A stretch of 62,362 nucleotides of DNA, the filler included, from Choristocarpus tenellus KU-1152 (lineage: Eukaryota; Protista; Phaeophyceae): the NCBI GenBank assembly GCA_964200185.2. It is 13 parts of 13 records of this genome, joined end to end, with 100 filler letters (N's around TTAATTAATTAA, not from the genome) between each part and the next. Parts side by side here need not be neighbours in the genome. Positions count along the whole stretch, not along the records: positions 12,636 to 17,575 come from CAXNAD020012449.1; positions 17,676 to 21,609 come from CAXNAD020017069.1; positions 21,710 to 26,154 come from CAXNAD020014521.1; positions 26,255 to 32,561 come from CAXNAD020008425.1; 9 more parts are not named here. One strand, given 5' to 3'. The notes beneath the pieces are model-generated. The model searched no databases and was not told the origin of the DNA. It was given only the letters and a program-made list of their open reading frames with translations. Positions 13,205 through 26,362 of the stretch are shown here, piece by piece. A program made the position numbers and the translations under genes. Each line of letters begins with the position of its first letter. Position 1 is the stretch's first letter.

Positions 13205-15652
13205 GAGCGACTGTGGGGTGTACCTTTAACAGACCTGGAGGGAATCAAGGCCTACTCGAAGGACCCAGAGGCCACTTTGGTTGCTGCACTGAACACTTGG
13301 ACACTGTCGGTGATGAACTGTGACTTCTTCCATGCAGTGAGTGTTGAATATGATGGTCAATCTTATTCCAAGGCATGAGGTGACTCTGCTTCTCGATCGA
13401 ATTCCTCCTCCACTGTGTTCGTTGGAGGTTGAGCCGTCTTTGAATGGTATCTTGTTCAGTTGATAATTGAGTGCATACTAGACACTCTCGCCTACACCAC
13501 AAACGGTTCTCACACATGTACAGGTACTGCCTCATATGCTGTAGTACATCCCAGAGTATGTGCAGGTGAATTCCTGGGTTCCGTGTCTGTCTTATTAGAC
13601 CAGTACATGCCATGGGATGAGGCAACACATGAGGGAAACCCATGTGGAGGAACCCTTGATTTTCATTTCAGAGGGGAAATACTGTGCCCATTCAATCCAA
13701 GCACGCATCACGACTAGAGTGATGTATCTCAGTGGAGGACTGCGTCTTCACAGCATTACTTTTTTTTTAAGTACATGTATTTTTTCAAGTCAGTTGAACC
13801 ATGTACAGGAGGTAAGAGCAACGGCGACGCGTGCTATACTCAGTCCCAATCCACCTAAAATATTAGTACCCTGATAACTCTGAGGTGTATGTTCGAGAGA
13901 GGGGGGGGGACTTAGAGCAAGTCCTGGACTTCTTTTTTTTGTAATTTACGAACATGATCCACCATTTCCACTGTTTCCAGTCAACAGCTACTTTTGTAGA
14001 CCTTCTTGTGCGGGGGATATTCTTGGAGTGTTTGAGAGTGTATTGGGGTTTTTTTCTGTCTCTGATAAGTTTTCTACCTCACCACATGCCGTCACCACCA
14101 TTTCCCCCCATGTTTCTTGCTGGAGTAGGATGTGCATGCCGGCAATCTCCTTGTTCTTGAGGATGGACGCGTTGCATTTATTGACTTTGGTATTGTCGGA
14201 AAGTTTAGCCCAGGGACGTGGACAGGTGTCAGCAAGCTGGCTGATGGAGTGGCTGCCCAGGACTACGAGGTCATTGCTGAGGTGACAGCGTAAACGGAAT
14301 GTTTCATTCTGTTGGTGGAACATGTTGTGTTTAGGGTTAGGGTTGGCTGTTTGAGGTGTGTACTGCACTTATCTGATGCTTGCTGCTCTGTTTTCCTCTA
14401 CCTTCACCTTGATGTTCACTAAATCCACTAGACCTGGTGTTGTATCTATGGTACTAGAGATTGTTTTGTTTTTTGCGACTGAGTTTGTTTTCAGTCTGTA
14501 GTATAATGATACCCCCACCAGAACCTGAGATAGGTTTGTGTGGAATGCTGCAACCTTGTGAGAAGGGAGGAAATTTCAGGGGAGAATTAGTTGACCCGAG
14601 TCAATCACTACAAGCCCGAGGGACGGCAGGTGCCTTGGTGGGTTCCATTGGGTAACCATTACAATAGTTTGGACCCTCTCTCCCAACACCACCTATTACC
14701 AACAACACTGCATTGCCACCGCTTGCAGGCTCTCTGTGAGGTGGGTGCCACTGTTGGAACTGTGGACACCAAGGCGTTTGCATCTGACCTAGAGGGGCTG
14801 TGGGGCAAATTCGGCTCCTTGTATCCTGATGTGGTGGCTGCTGAGTCAGCGGGTGGACCAGGTCAGCTTGGTGATAGTTCTACCCAGGAGGCCACTGACT
14901 TCATGTTGGAGCTGGTGTCTGTTTCAGGGGCAAATGGCCTGAAGCTTCCTCGTGGTGAGAGCTTGGACATTTGTCTTGTGACCTGTGTCGTCGTTTCACC
15001 TGTTGGAAATTGTGTTTGTCAGAGACAAGAGATATATGTCGCAGCCGGTCAAGGCAGACTTTGTACTTGCTCGGCTTTTTGTTTTGATATCTGGGTGAAA
15101 GGAATGTTGACCGCATGTGTGGGTGAAAGGAACAATCCACGATGTCGAAGTGCTTTTGTAGTCTTGAGTGCTGTGCCAAGTTTTAACACACTGTTGTATC
15201 TGGTTTCACATCTCAATGCTTTTGATGAGGTGATTTGTGCAACAACTGCAGTGCTTGAGTACTCAGACATGCACACATATACATACATAGAGGCTACAAC
15301 CAAGTGCAGTTCGATCCCGTATCCCCCCTCCATCACATCAGCACGGTGTGCGCTTGTCGAGTTTATTATTCTCCATATGTTTTTCATATTTTCTTACTCC
15401 TCAAGATTGTCCATGCATACGCTCGCAGAATTTGGGCTGCTGATCAAGCAACAGCTGTATTTTGGACGCTACACACAAATCCTGGCGCCAACCCTTGACC
15501 CATTGCGGGATAGCAGGGTTCAGCTACAGCAGAGAGCTAAAGAGCAGACGTTGGAGGGGGCTTCACCTGAAGAGGGCGCATTGAAGATACGGACAGAGAC
15601 TACTGGAGATACTGATACTTCTTCACATTCTGTTGAAGTAACATTACCGTAG
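13205..15652 (+). CDS. ABC1 (ADCK/UbiB) atypical kinase, ABC1K9-like; last four exons
   Basis: Phase-compatible exons 13205-13336, 14129-14281, 14729-14954 and 15429-15652 (stop): [11 protein letters not shown]...[28 protein letters not shown]...[27 protein letters not shown]. This closely parallels plant plastoglobule ABC1K9. Confidence 0.9.
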
Positions 15653-16546
15653 AAATTATCTCGGAGAGTTGGAGTGTTAGGGTCAGGAAGGAAATCTCTT
15701 GGCTCACGTACCACTGCAGAACCCTATGACATGATTCATAGGGTGGCAGATCAAGAGAGTTGTGTGATGCTGCTGTTGTCCAACTGGTTTCTTAGAGTGG
15801 GCTGCCATGCGGTAACAGTATTTTACTATGAGTACAGTTTTGTACATACAATTTTTTTATGTTTGCCGATCAGGAAATAGGGACAGGACTCGGGTTATAG
15901 AACATATGGGCTCTGTGTATTTGACATTCTAAAAAATCCAGGTCTCTGACACAAGACCGAGGAGCAAAGTTGTGTGTATGTTAGGATAGAAGAGGCGTTG
16001 ATCACATTGCAGCATGGTTGAAGATAGTTGAAGGAGTTTTAAGGCTCCAAGAAACTGGCAGCATATAAAATGGGTATGCACCAGTTTCGTGCAGGCCAGC
16101 AAATTTCTCCAACCCATTTGTGCTGAATATCACAACACTCTAAATCCAGTGTTGAGGGTTCTAGTCTCCATGTTTGCCTCTGCACCTTGGTCCCCCTCCA
16201 GCCCTCAGCAAGCAAGGATGAGGGTGACACCTGCTCCTTGCTGCTCATCTTTTTGTTTAGGCAGTTTCGGTGCTGTCTTAGGCGTCCCTCTCCGTTACTC
16301 TATCCAGAGTCATTGTGAAGAAAATTTTGAGTGTGTATTATTGGGCTGTACTTGACAGCCGCACCTACTTCGGGAACTATTATGTTTTATTGTGTACGAA
16401 GTATCAAATTATCCGTGCCATGTTCTTCTGCATGTCTGTGGGGTATGACACTGTGTTCCGTTCACATGTGCTTTTCCAATCATACAGCATACACTACAGT
16501 GTAGTGAACAAAAGTGGTAGAACGTAATGCTGTGCTTGTTGGCCAG

Positions 16547-16697
16547 TTCAATGAAGAGCTTCTTCGGCCAAGATGGCGTTATCCCGTTCTGGTGTACGTC
16601 ATGCCAGATCAGCAGCAAAGTACGAGGGCAACCCAAGCAGATCAATCAAGACACGTGCATGCACACTTACCGCAACTACCACCATTGTCAGCTGAAG
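16547..16697 (+). CDS. Possible isolated Cys/His-rich exon of an unknown gene
   Basis: AG|...|GT-bounded open frame SMKSFFGQDGVIPFWCTSCQISSKVRGQPKQINQDTCMHTYRNYHHCQLK; no partner exons found. Confidence 0.25.
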
Positions 16698-16861
16698 GTT
16701 GCGTTCTCATTGCACCTCTCTCCCTTTCCCCCTTTTTTTCGTGTGATGAGTTGTGTTTTGGATTGAATGGACTTGGTGTGACTCCATTTTTTGTGATAGA
16801 GGTGCTAGTGGGCTACACCTGGGTTCTCTTTGTTGCCCTCCTCGTAGTAGTCTACGAAGGT

Positions 16862-17111
16862 AAGCCAAAGTAAACGAGAGGTACCCAGGGTGTGGTCCTT
16901 TTTTTTCCATTTTAACCCACTTTATCTTTTTACAATATACCCTTATTTCTAAGGAGGAAGTGTAAGATTTACTGCAGACCGTTGATTTCTCTATTGTTTG
17001 AAAAACTTCGCCATGATTCAGGAAACTCGTGTTGTACAAAATGTCGGAATTCACACATAATTGTTGGCATCATTAAAATGCTACCCTCGTACCTCTCGTT
17101 TATTTTGACTC
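16862..17111. mobile_element. MITE family C (about 250 bp)
   Basis: TIR (A)AGCCAAAGTAAACGAGAGGTAC / GTACCTCTCGTTTATTTTGACTC; 3-bp TSD GGT. Confidence 0.85.
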
Positions 17112-17675
17112 GGTGGTCAAGGAAATCCCAATGATTTGTGCTACTGCCAGTTATATGGCCTTCTTTCGGCTACCTTCGTTTGTCCACGAGTCTGAGATTG
17201 AGACTAATAGTATGGGTAGTCCTGGTGTGATAATGATAACGACCATACGTATGTTGTAGTTTTATGATACCGCAGAAAATGTCGGACCAGGATTGAGATG
17301 ACAAGGTGGACGTACGATGGGATGACGTAACCCAACATGCAACAAGTAAGGCACTAACGGTAGCAGTGTAAGTGGTCGTACTACAATGATAGTTACAACA
17401 GTAGTAGTTAGAGTAGGAGAAGGTGCAGTGTGTAGTGTCTCTAACAACAGGTCGAGATACTCCCGGAACTAGAGTGAAGAATAATTTATTTAATGAATGA
17501 TACTATAACCTCAACACCGTTGCGGTGGAAAGTTTTGGGCACCTCGGCAAGCAAGTGGAATGCTTCCTGGATGAGNNNNNNNNNNNNNNNNNNNNNNNNN
17601 NNNNNNNNNNNNNNNNNNNTTAATTAATTAANNNNNNNNNNNNNNNNNNNNNNNNNNNNNNNNNNNNNNNNNNNN

Positions 17676-17742
17676 CTGTGGGAAGCCAAGCCCCAAATGG
17701 ACAAAGAGGGCAAAAATCGTACCCTCTAAGATACTTTCACTC
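17676..17742. mobile_element. MITE family B, end fragment at contig start
   Basis: ...CGTACCCTCTAAGATACTTTCACTC. Confidence 0.8.
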
Positions 17743-18724
17743 AGCTAGCCACCCTAAGGCAGCCAAAACTTCTGAACCCGTTGGGCATCTTCTTCTTCAT
17801 CTTCCGGTCGCTTCCTCTCGTGAATTATCTGGGCTTGAGCCCTGGGTATCAGGACCTTGCGACAAGAGTCACCAGGGACATCAACCACCAAGGGCCAATA
17901 CCTAAATGGGTAGGGTTGCTCGTGTACAGAGTAGGACTGGGGTCGTAATAGGAGAGTAGTCGGTGAGACTACAACACTGCCTGGGCTAGGGTGTGGGTGT
18001 GAAGTTAGCCTAGGCGCCTAACCTTCGATAGAACCCATGATAATAATAACCTTCTTTAAAGTCTGACCACGTGGAGGATGTGGGGTGCAGCAGTGGTAAT
18101 GGACAGCACGAAGACATAAACGTAAGGCACGGGTTCCTTCCTTATAACTGGGGATTTAAAAAAAATGCAATCATGGCAAGCTTACAAGGAGGGTTTTGTA
18201 ACACAGTAGGAGTGGGTGATCAAAAAGCGAATAGTTTCGAGTTTTGTGAAGGTACAGAGGTAGACTCCCATGAAAGAGTGGAAAACAAGTAGGACAAATA
18301 ATAGCAGCAATAGTATCTAGAATAGATTGTGAAATCGAAAAGAAGGGGGTGGACTGTGGAGGTGGTGATGTAAGAATCGGAGGAAAATTAATGGAATGCT
18401 TACAAAAGCGAACATTTATTTTTTGTGAAAGTGTGAAAGGTGAAAAGTTGACAGGAGTAGGACGTGTACGGGGAACAACGACGTAGAGTATGAAATGGAA
18501 ATATGATTGACAGCCCATTCCTCACTCTTTTCTATTGTCGTACATTCCCATTGAATAAAGACTACACCTGCATCTGCTGACCTGATATTCACCATCCTCG
18601 CTGGACCTTAGGCTGTTGGGGTACATCAGGAGTCCTGTAAAGGCGTCAGCGCCATCTATAGTGGACTCGAGGTATACATTTTGTGGAGGTAAGCTTTGGA
18701 GCACAGCTGTAATATTACAACGGC

Positions 18725-19150
18725 ACTCACTATATTTGTGTCACGATGAGACATTTTCTTTGTTTATATCTTCATAGTTCCTAGGGAGGGTAACCTTTCT
18801 ATGGCGACACCCAAGACACTCATTATATGTCATGGTGAGACATTGTCTTTATTTTTTTATTCTTCATTGTTCCGGGCTAGCAGCACCCTACCTATATGTG
18901 ACTGTGAGACATTGTCATGGTGTCCCGTAACTGTTTTGTGTATATAGTTTTGAAAGGAAGAGTGTATGGCAGTGCCGTAACTCAGTGCTGTTCTGATTTT
19001 GTGCCAGTATTCATTTGTGTTTATAGTTTTGAAGGGGTGGAGTCTTTCTATGATAACACCCTACTATTTTATTGTTGTTATATTTTTTTCTGTATTGGTT
19101 TACGTAATCATAGTCCCCAAGGAGGGAGAGTTTTTCTATGGCACCACCCC
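18725..19150. repeat. Degenerate tandem-like repeat array (about 90-bp spacing)
   Basis: Recurring TGAGACATT(G/T)TC and TTTCTATG(G/A)...ACACCC/CCACCC motifs. Confidence 0.45.
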
Positions 19151-22100
19151 ATTTCTTCGTGGCCGTGGGATGTTATTTTTGCTTCTGTATTTCTTTGTGC
19201 TCCATGGTTTTGGGATAGGATAGTTATTTTTTGAACAGTACCCAGTTTTGACACGAGTTTGAGACTGTGGTGTAGGAAGTTTTCTATTTATGTCGAGTCA
19301 AATACAGAGTGAGTGTTGTTAGGTGCGAATATTACGCTAGCATATCCGTCGTCAGGAAAAACCTTGGCAGGGGGGGTTTTCCTCTAGAATTCCTCTTCCG
19401 CTGGATCCCAAACGTTGGATACTGATATGTTAGGACTTTGAAGTGGCATTAATTAAGTTTCTGCTACGTTCGTGATAGGACAAGGAGTGACATTATACTT
19501 CCTTGTCCAATCGCTTGTTCTATGTATTGAAGCAGTTATGGTTCATGCTTGGGGGCCACGTTACAGGCGAAATGTCTTGATGGCGGTTTTATCAACGTCA
19601 TTATGACCTTAAAGTGCTAGATTTTATATATTTGTACTTCTTGACTATTTACTTCTTTTTTGGTCATTACGATGTCATACACTTAGAATGAGTGGTTCAG
19701 TCCTCTTTTTATACCCCAAAGATAATAATACAGTGAATAATTGAAGTAAGAGATCTAGATATTGACGACATTTACGTTGTCGAGTCTTGTACGAGAATCA
19801 TGGTCCACATACAGCCTTGTGGATTGGAGCTACTATATATATATTACATACCTCATCATGGTGGGCTCCTGGAGTGTTTCGTAAGTGTACTTTTCCGCTT
19901 CTTGAAAAAGGTTTGTGCCATTGGAAATGGACTCCTACTCCAAACGGTTGATGTCCTTTATGGATTCACGTTCATCCATTGCAAACTCGGCATAGCCCCC
20001 CCTATACGTTCTCCCCCACTGCTAGAGCTCCCTGCTCTTGATCATCCTGCCCTGTGACCAGCCCCTTCAATTCCTGCCTGCCCGAATCCTCTACTCCCTG
20101 ATCCTCCACAAGCTCTTTAAAATAGTCTCTTTCCTTGATCCCAGTGGGGCCACCACATGAGAAAATGACAACATTTTCGGTTCCGTCAGAAAAGAACACA
20201 ATGCCTTACTCCATTCACAGAGTTTAATATTTTTTCTACGCTGGAGACTATTTCTCTCTGAACCTTGAATCTCTAGGCTTCTCCTTCACATCAAACTTAC
20301 ATGTGCACAGGACCTTTGACATTTCGAAGTACCTCCCCTATTCTCGGAAATTTAAGGATAGGGGGGGGAAACAGCAGACGCTGCGTGACTCTTCAAGTAT
20401 CTAGGTTTGAGGAATAGTTCGTTTGACTACTCCTCCAAACCGTTAGTAAATGAATCCTTAAAGGTACAAGCGGCCAGAGAGATTATTGTCGCAAGATATT
20501 TGTACGCCTCACAAAACAATCAAGGGCCCTTATTGTACATTCTAGTAGTTGATATGATAGCTTCCTGGGCCGACCTTTTTGACCTAATGTGTCTCTTCAC
20601 ATTGTGTTCAGATACGTCCTTTGTTACGTCGGTTGATACAGATACCTGTTTTTCTGGTGAAAAAATGAAGGTGATTTCTTTCCCTCTTAGTTTTCTTTAA
20701 GCAGATGATGTAAACATAAAGTTAACCATCACGGAGAGCATCTTTGCTAATTTTTCTGAAACAAAGCATACATTTTATTTGAACTCTTGCAATGCAAACA
20801 CTTCAACGTCTTTTGTCGTGAAAGGCAATTCTGTCGGAACACCTCCCTGCAACACTGCCATCCCGAGATGCCCATGAGACAACTAAAGCTTCCCTTCCTC
20901 TCTGGTCTATCCCTTTCTTGAAGGTTCCACTATACTATTGTCTACTGCAAGTAGGTCATTGTGTTAGGCCAATTCTCCCGCTGACTCCCCCCTGACTGAA
21001 CTGTGACTCAGATACTACCAGCTGATTAAGATCGTTCAAGGTGTCTCCAATGCTGACAACCTTTCCTTTGATGTGTGCGACATCATCAACCATATATTTA
21101 GTAGCTCCCTCTGTAACCTGGATCCTCTGTTCCATGTCAAGAAGCATGGTTGCACTCACTACCTTTGTCATCCTCGCCTTCATCACTAGCCTCTGTGCCC
21201 CTTCGCTTCAATGTCCTGAATGTTTCATTATCACCTAAATTCAATTGATTCAACGCCAGGACTCATCCTTCCCTCACCCTCCTCCTCTCTCTGGTAATCT
21301 CTCCTCTCCCCACTAACCAACCTCTTTGCTTTTCTACTACTGTTGTACTACTACCTGGCAGCTCTCTTGCTACATTCCAATCTTTTTGAATTGCAACCCG
21401 AAAACAGAATATTCAACGTTCATTAGCCTACAGAGTTGACAGCAAATCACACCATTGCGTGTTGTTCATAGAGCATGTTTGAATTCCTTTTAAAGTCTCT
21501 CTTGCTTTTGCACTGAGTGCCACAGTCAATGTTACAGGCGCCCCCGAAAGGATGTATAGCTCCAATCTACGGGCCTATAGATGATACTGATGTACGTATA
21601 GGACTCCTGNNNNNNNNNNNNNNNNNNNNNNNNNNNNNNNNNNNNNNNNNNNNTTAATTAATTAANNNNNNNNNNNNNNNNNNNNNNNNNNNNNNNNNNN
21701 NNNNNNNNNAAAAAAGTGAAAATCGAAAAAAGGGTGAAAAACGGACGCCGACACCCCCCCCCAAGATACTTTGACCCCCATGAGGAAACTGCTCCCACGC
21801 AGTATTAAACATCAATAGGGGTTTAACTAGTATAGAGTTTAATGTTGTGATTACGACAGTTCAATCGGGCTCAGTTTGGTTACATTTAAATGATCACAAT
21901 ACCACAAGAAGATCACATAGCCACTCTTCCTTTCAAGGCATTATTGAGGAATATGATTATAGTCCATCTCAAATACTACAGGAAAAGACACCTCTGGAAA
22001 TGAGAAAAAGCATAGGATTTTTTTTGGCTCGCGAATCCACGCACCATCGGCGACCAGCGGGTTTCGCACGCATCGTCTCTGCCGATAGAAAGTTAAATTG

Positions 22101-22526
22101 GATTAATCTCAAATTACTTCTAGCTGATTTATATTTGTAATCGTAGTATTTCGGTTCACAACACTGATGAAGGCATAACCTTAAATGTTCCATGTCGCGC
22201 GTTGACATACCATAGCAAACAGTACAATAAAATCAATACAGTTCATCTACGCAAAGTATATCGTTAAATGTGTTCCAGACAACACACACACTCCCTCTCT
22301 CTCTCTCTCTCTCTCTCTATTATAGGCAGTGTGCAAGATAAGTGGTATATACGCATTGGGAGCTACGTGAAAGATGTACATTATACTACAGGTCTTGAAA
22401 TAATACAGGGTGTGTGTTGCACACCAATAGTATGTCTTCTTTCTGGCTTGGTGTGAAACAGGAAATGTAATCTGTATGAAGCATACACTGTCAGCTCATT
22501 GTGGATTTCAATGTACCTATAACATA

Positions 22527-22706
22527 GACTCAAAGTATCTGGGAGGGGGTGACGGCTGTCCATTTGGGGCCATTTTTTTGATCTTGGGGATTTTTTGGTG
22601 ATTTGGTTGCACACGTCGGATGGATAAGGTAAGTGTACTTTTCTTGGTTATGACCGAAATGGACACCCTGGTGCAGACCCCCTCCCCCCCCCAGATACTT
22701 TGGGTC
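22527..22706. mobile_element. MITE family A, full copy
   Basis: GACTCAAAGTATCTGGG...CCAGATACTTTGGGTC; 3-bp TSD ATA. Confidence 0.9.
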
Positions 22707-22921
22707 ATAATTCTACATTTATTTGCTTATTGCAGCGATTGACTGCTATTTTTAGTTAGGCACATAATAATCTCATCTACTCCTCATAGCACTATTAATA
22801 GACACCATTGTATGTACTCCTGGTCCTCCTCCTCGCCACTTCTCCTTGCGTAAATTTGCTTTCTGTTGGTTTGAAATAATGTCCATAGCGATACACTTCG
22901 AGTTTCTTTCTTCTTGTGGAT

Positions 22922-23388
22922 GAGTCAAAGTATCTCAGAGGGTAGAGCTACGTCCGTTGGGGGGCAAAATCCAATGTTGCAATTTTGATGTAATTTTGGC
23001 TACGCGTTTGTTAGGAGGTCAATATCCTTGTTCTGAAATATATATATATATATATATGATAACTACTTCAAAACGTAAACATTGTACCTACTCCGAAAAA
23101 TTTCGGAGTAGGAAAATGTCATAAAAAAACATGGGAAGTCAAGCCCAAACGGAAAAAAGGGCAAAACTCGTACCCCCTGGCTCATAGTATGTGTGTCATA
23201 GTATGTGTGTGTGTGTGTGTTGACACCAGGGTGTCCATTCGGACCCTGACTAGGAGAAGTACACTTACATTGTCCATCCGGAACATGCAACCAAATCACC
23301 CAAAAACCGCGACATGGAAAAATGGCCCCGAATGGACAGCCGCCACCCCCCCCCCCAGATACTTTGAGCCTCTAAGATACTTTCACTC
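22922..23388. mobile_element. MITE family B with a family A copy (23179-23370) inserted in its TIR
   Basis: GAGTCAAAGTATCTCAGAGGGTA ... GTACCCCCT [A copy] TCTAAGATACTTTCACTC. Confidence 0.85.
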
Positions 23389-24149
23389 AGATGTGATATA
23401 CAAAGTTAGAACTAGGATCATACTTTGACATGCAAATGTGTAGGTCCAAGTAATTGCTTCTTAGTAGATTTGCATGCCAACATTAATGCAACTTCTATTT
23501 CATTCACTACGTAAGGTGAAACGAAACACTACTCCACTACTCACTCATCTCCAAGTCATTTTTTTTCCATCATGGTACTACTTAATTTAGTATTTTCAGT
23601 AGTGATGGACACAGGCTATGCGATCCCAGGTGAGGGAAGAGGTGTACAAAAGCTTGCCCAGGATACGACCGTATTTTCTATCTGATATGCTGTTTCCCTT
23701 CGGTGAGTCCTGTGTTGTGTATGAGTCAACATCGGTTTTTCTATAGAATGAAATGCCCTACGTAGTACTTCGTATATGTCCCACAAGCTTCTACATCCTC
23801 CTCTGGGGCTGCATGTTCTTTGGCGCAGAGGAAAAATGTGTACATGTGTATGCACTTGGGAGGAGAAGTATCTGGGGGGGGGGACTTGAAATGTCAGCAA
23901 AAAAAAGAGTTGTTTGACCGAAACGGACGCCGCCTCACAAACCACCCCCCCTCCCCCAGATACTTTGACCCGTCAGGTACTTCCAAAGTATGTTATATTG
24001 ATCATATCATTATCGTGCATAGTCGTGTACCTCTTACAAATATATACTCCTGAGTATTCTGTTAATAACTATTGGCATAATACTTCGAAGGATGTAGTAG
24101 TAGACATTATTGGGGTGTTTTTCTATTGCTGGTAATACATACTACACTT

Positions 24150-24193
<44 letters not shown>

Positions 24194-25569
24194 CCAAATG
24201 CACACTGCAATCGTGTTGCACTACTATTTCTACTTGACAAAGCTATACAAATCGTAGAAAGATTGTAGTAATATATGAGCTATTGCTCGGGTCGAAACTA
24301 AATTCCTAGCTGTCACACCTAGTACTGTATAGTCCCGAGTATTATCCAGATCCAATCTTTCAAATAGAGTCCTGTCGTCTTTTCTTCGTGTAGAGGTCTA
24401 CCACTATTTTCCATTACGACATGAAACCTTCATATGGTTGTGGGTGTTGGGTGCAACATACGGTACAGGATGGCGATGGCTAGCAATCTGTGATGGACTC
24501 AATGCGCACGTGCTGGAGACTGTTGGACTCGCTACAATGATGGTTTCAGACAAGAACACTATCGCGCAGGAAGCACTCGAGGAGAATTTCCATGGCGTGT
24601 CTATCTTATTTCTAAATATTAAAGTCAAACTTGTCATCGTGTCAACGACCATTCAATACTATTATTTACTAACTCGAGCACATTGTGTTTAGAAGCTCCC
24701 TTTAAGCACATCAACACAAAAACTACTCTACCATGCAGAGTGGTTGGTTCTCACGCATCCATGGATACCTTGTTGCTGAATCTATGATGGAGTGAACCGC
24801 CAGTAAATTGTGTACAGTTTAAACAGAAAAGTAATCGCAGCTAGATGATAGATCCACCCATCCACGCGTGCATACACATTGGAATTAGATTCTGGAGTGT
24901 TTTGTCTTCTTGCTTCACTGAAGTGCACATGTAACTAGAACTAGTTTACAAAATGTGGCTGTGGGGTATTCATCTAGTAGAAGTATACCAAAAACAAAGA
25001 ACTGTGGTCTGCTGTAACCTAGTGTAGTTGACAAGTGCAAGATGGCGTATATGACAATCTGTACCTCCTCAATCGATGACCGTTTGTAGATACACGATTT
25101 CTTCAGGGTACTTGCCCGTTCAACTTCTCTTTTTCAGTATGGTGTTCCCCTTCCCTACTGTTTTTTATGCTCTCGCTGTTGGGGTATGGGAGAAAATATT
25201 ATGTTCAAGTTCGAATGGTTAGCAAAATCAAAGGTATTGTTGCCCTTCCCATGAGCATACATGGTGTTCTGTATCACATTATATTAATGGTTACCTTGGG
25301 TGGATGCACAGTTACCTGAGAGAACTGCACACTTAACACAAACATCTGCCACTGCTGTACGCCACTCAATGCCAAAAACTGCAACAAAACTCTCAATGAG
25401 GAGTCCTTGTGTGAGTGCTGTTTATGTTGATGACTAGTCACCACTACATCTATAATAGAATCGCGGCAAGATCTCCTTTATGGCAGAAAATCATGAGGAT
25501 TGACCAAGATAATTCCACTTCACAATCACATCGACTATGCGGTGCTTGGAGCTGTTGTATACCTACAAA

Positions 25570-25825
25570 GAGTCAAAGTAAAGGAGAGATACTCAGAGTT
25601 GCATGTTAAGGATGCTTACAAATATGTACAAAATTCGACGTTCTTTTCCAAATGCGCGTAGGATACTTTCTGAATTGCGTCGAAAATTGTCAAACGATAG
25701 ATAAATCAACGATCTCAAGTCATGCTTAGGACTTCATGAAAATATGGGTGAATTGCAAAATATTGAAAAACCAGCTTAAAACGAAAAACGGCCAAAACCT
25801 GAGTACCTCTCTTTTACCTTGGCTC
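25570..25825. mobile_element. MITE family C
   Basis: GAGTCAAAGTAAAGGAGAGATAC ... GTACCTCTCTTTTACCTTGGCTC; TSD AAA. Confidence 0.8.
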
Positions 25826-26362
25826 AAAACCAATATCTTTTCCCAATGAATAGACTTGGGTTTGATTACCGTTGAATGACTTCCATATTGGTCTTGTTAG
25901 CTGGTGTGACTTACATGGTGTCCCCTGTCCTTCCAAGCTGGTTGATGGCTGATGAGAACAACAATCTTTGTATAGCTGATGGAACAATTCAATGGGACAG
26001 GGTTGTTGGGCTGTCCTTATTTTGATCACAAGCCACACGTGTTCTTCCTGATGCAATAATCCATTCAGACCCAAAGTATCTGGGGGGGGGGGGGGGTCTA
26101 CACCAGAGTGTCCATTTGGACAAAACCAGGAAAAGTGGACTTTCATTATCCATCNNNNNNNNNNNNNNNNNNNNNNNNNNNNNNNNNNNNNNNNNNNNTT
26201 AATTAATTAANNNNNNNNNNNNNNNNNNNNNNNNNNNNNNNNNNNNNNNNNNNNTTACCATGCAAACTGCTTTTGCATGGACATTCCTTCCCCCCCCCCC
26301 TCCCCTGTCTTGTCCTCCAAACTCCTTACAATTTCCACGCACTGTATTTTCTTCTCATGCAG

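Noticed and set aside
14591-15652. 353-aa ORF as a single gene
   Set aside because: It is two ABC1K exons joined by an intron that happens to be stop-free and in frame
2203-24186. (GT)n, (CA)n, (TA)n, (CT)n, (GGAT)n and poly-G tracts
   Set aside because: Ordinary intronic or intergenic microsatellites
25065-26047. Possible minus-strand multi-exon gene (26047-25915, 25378-25316)
   Set aside because: Two exons are phase-compatible, but the next candidate exon hits stops and no domain is recognisable
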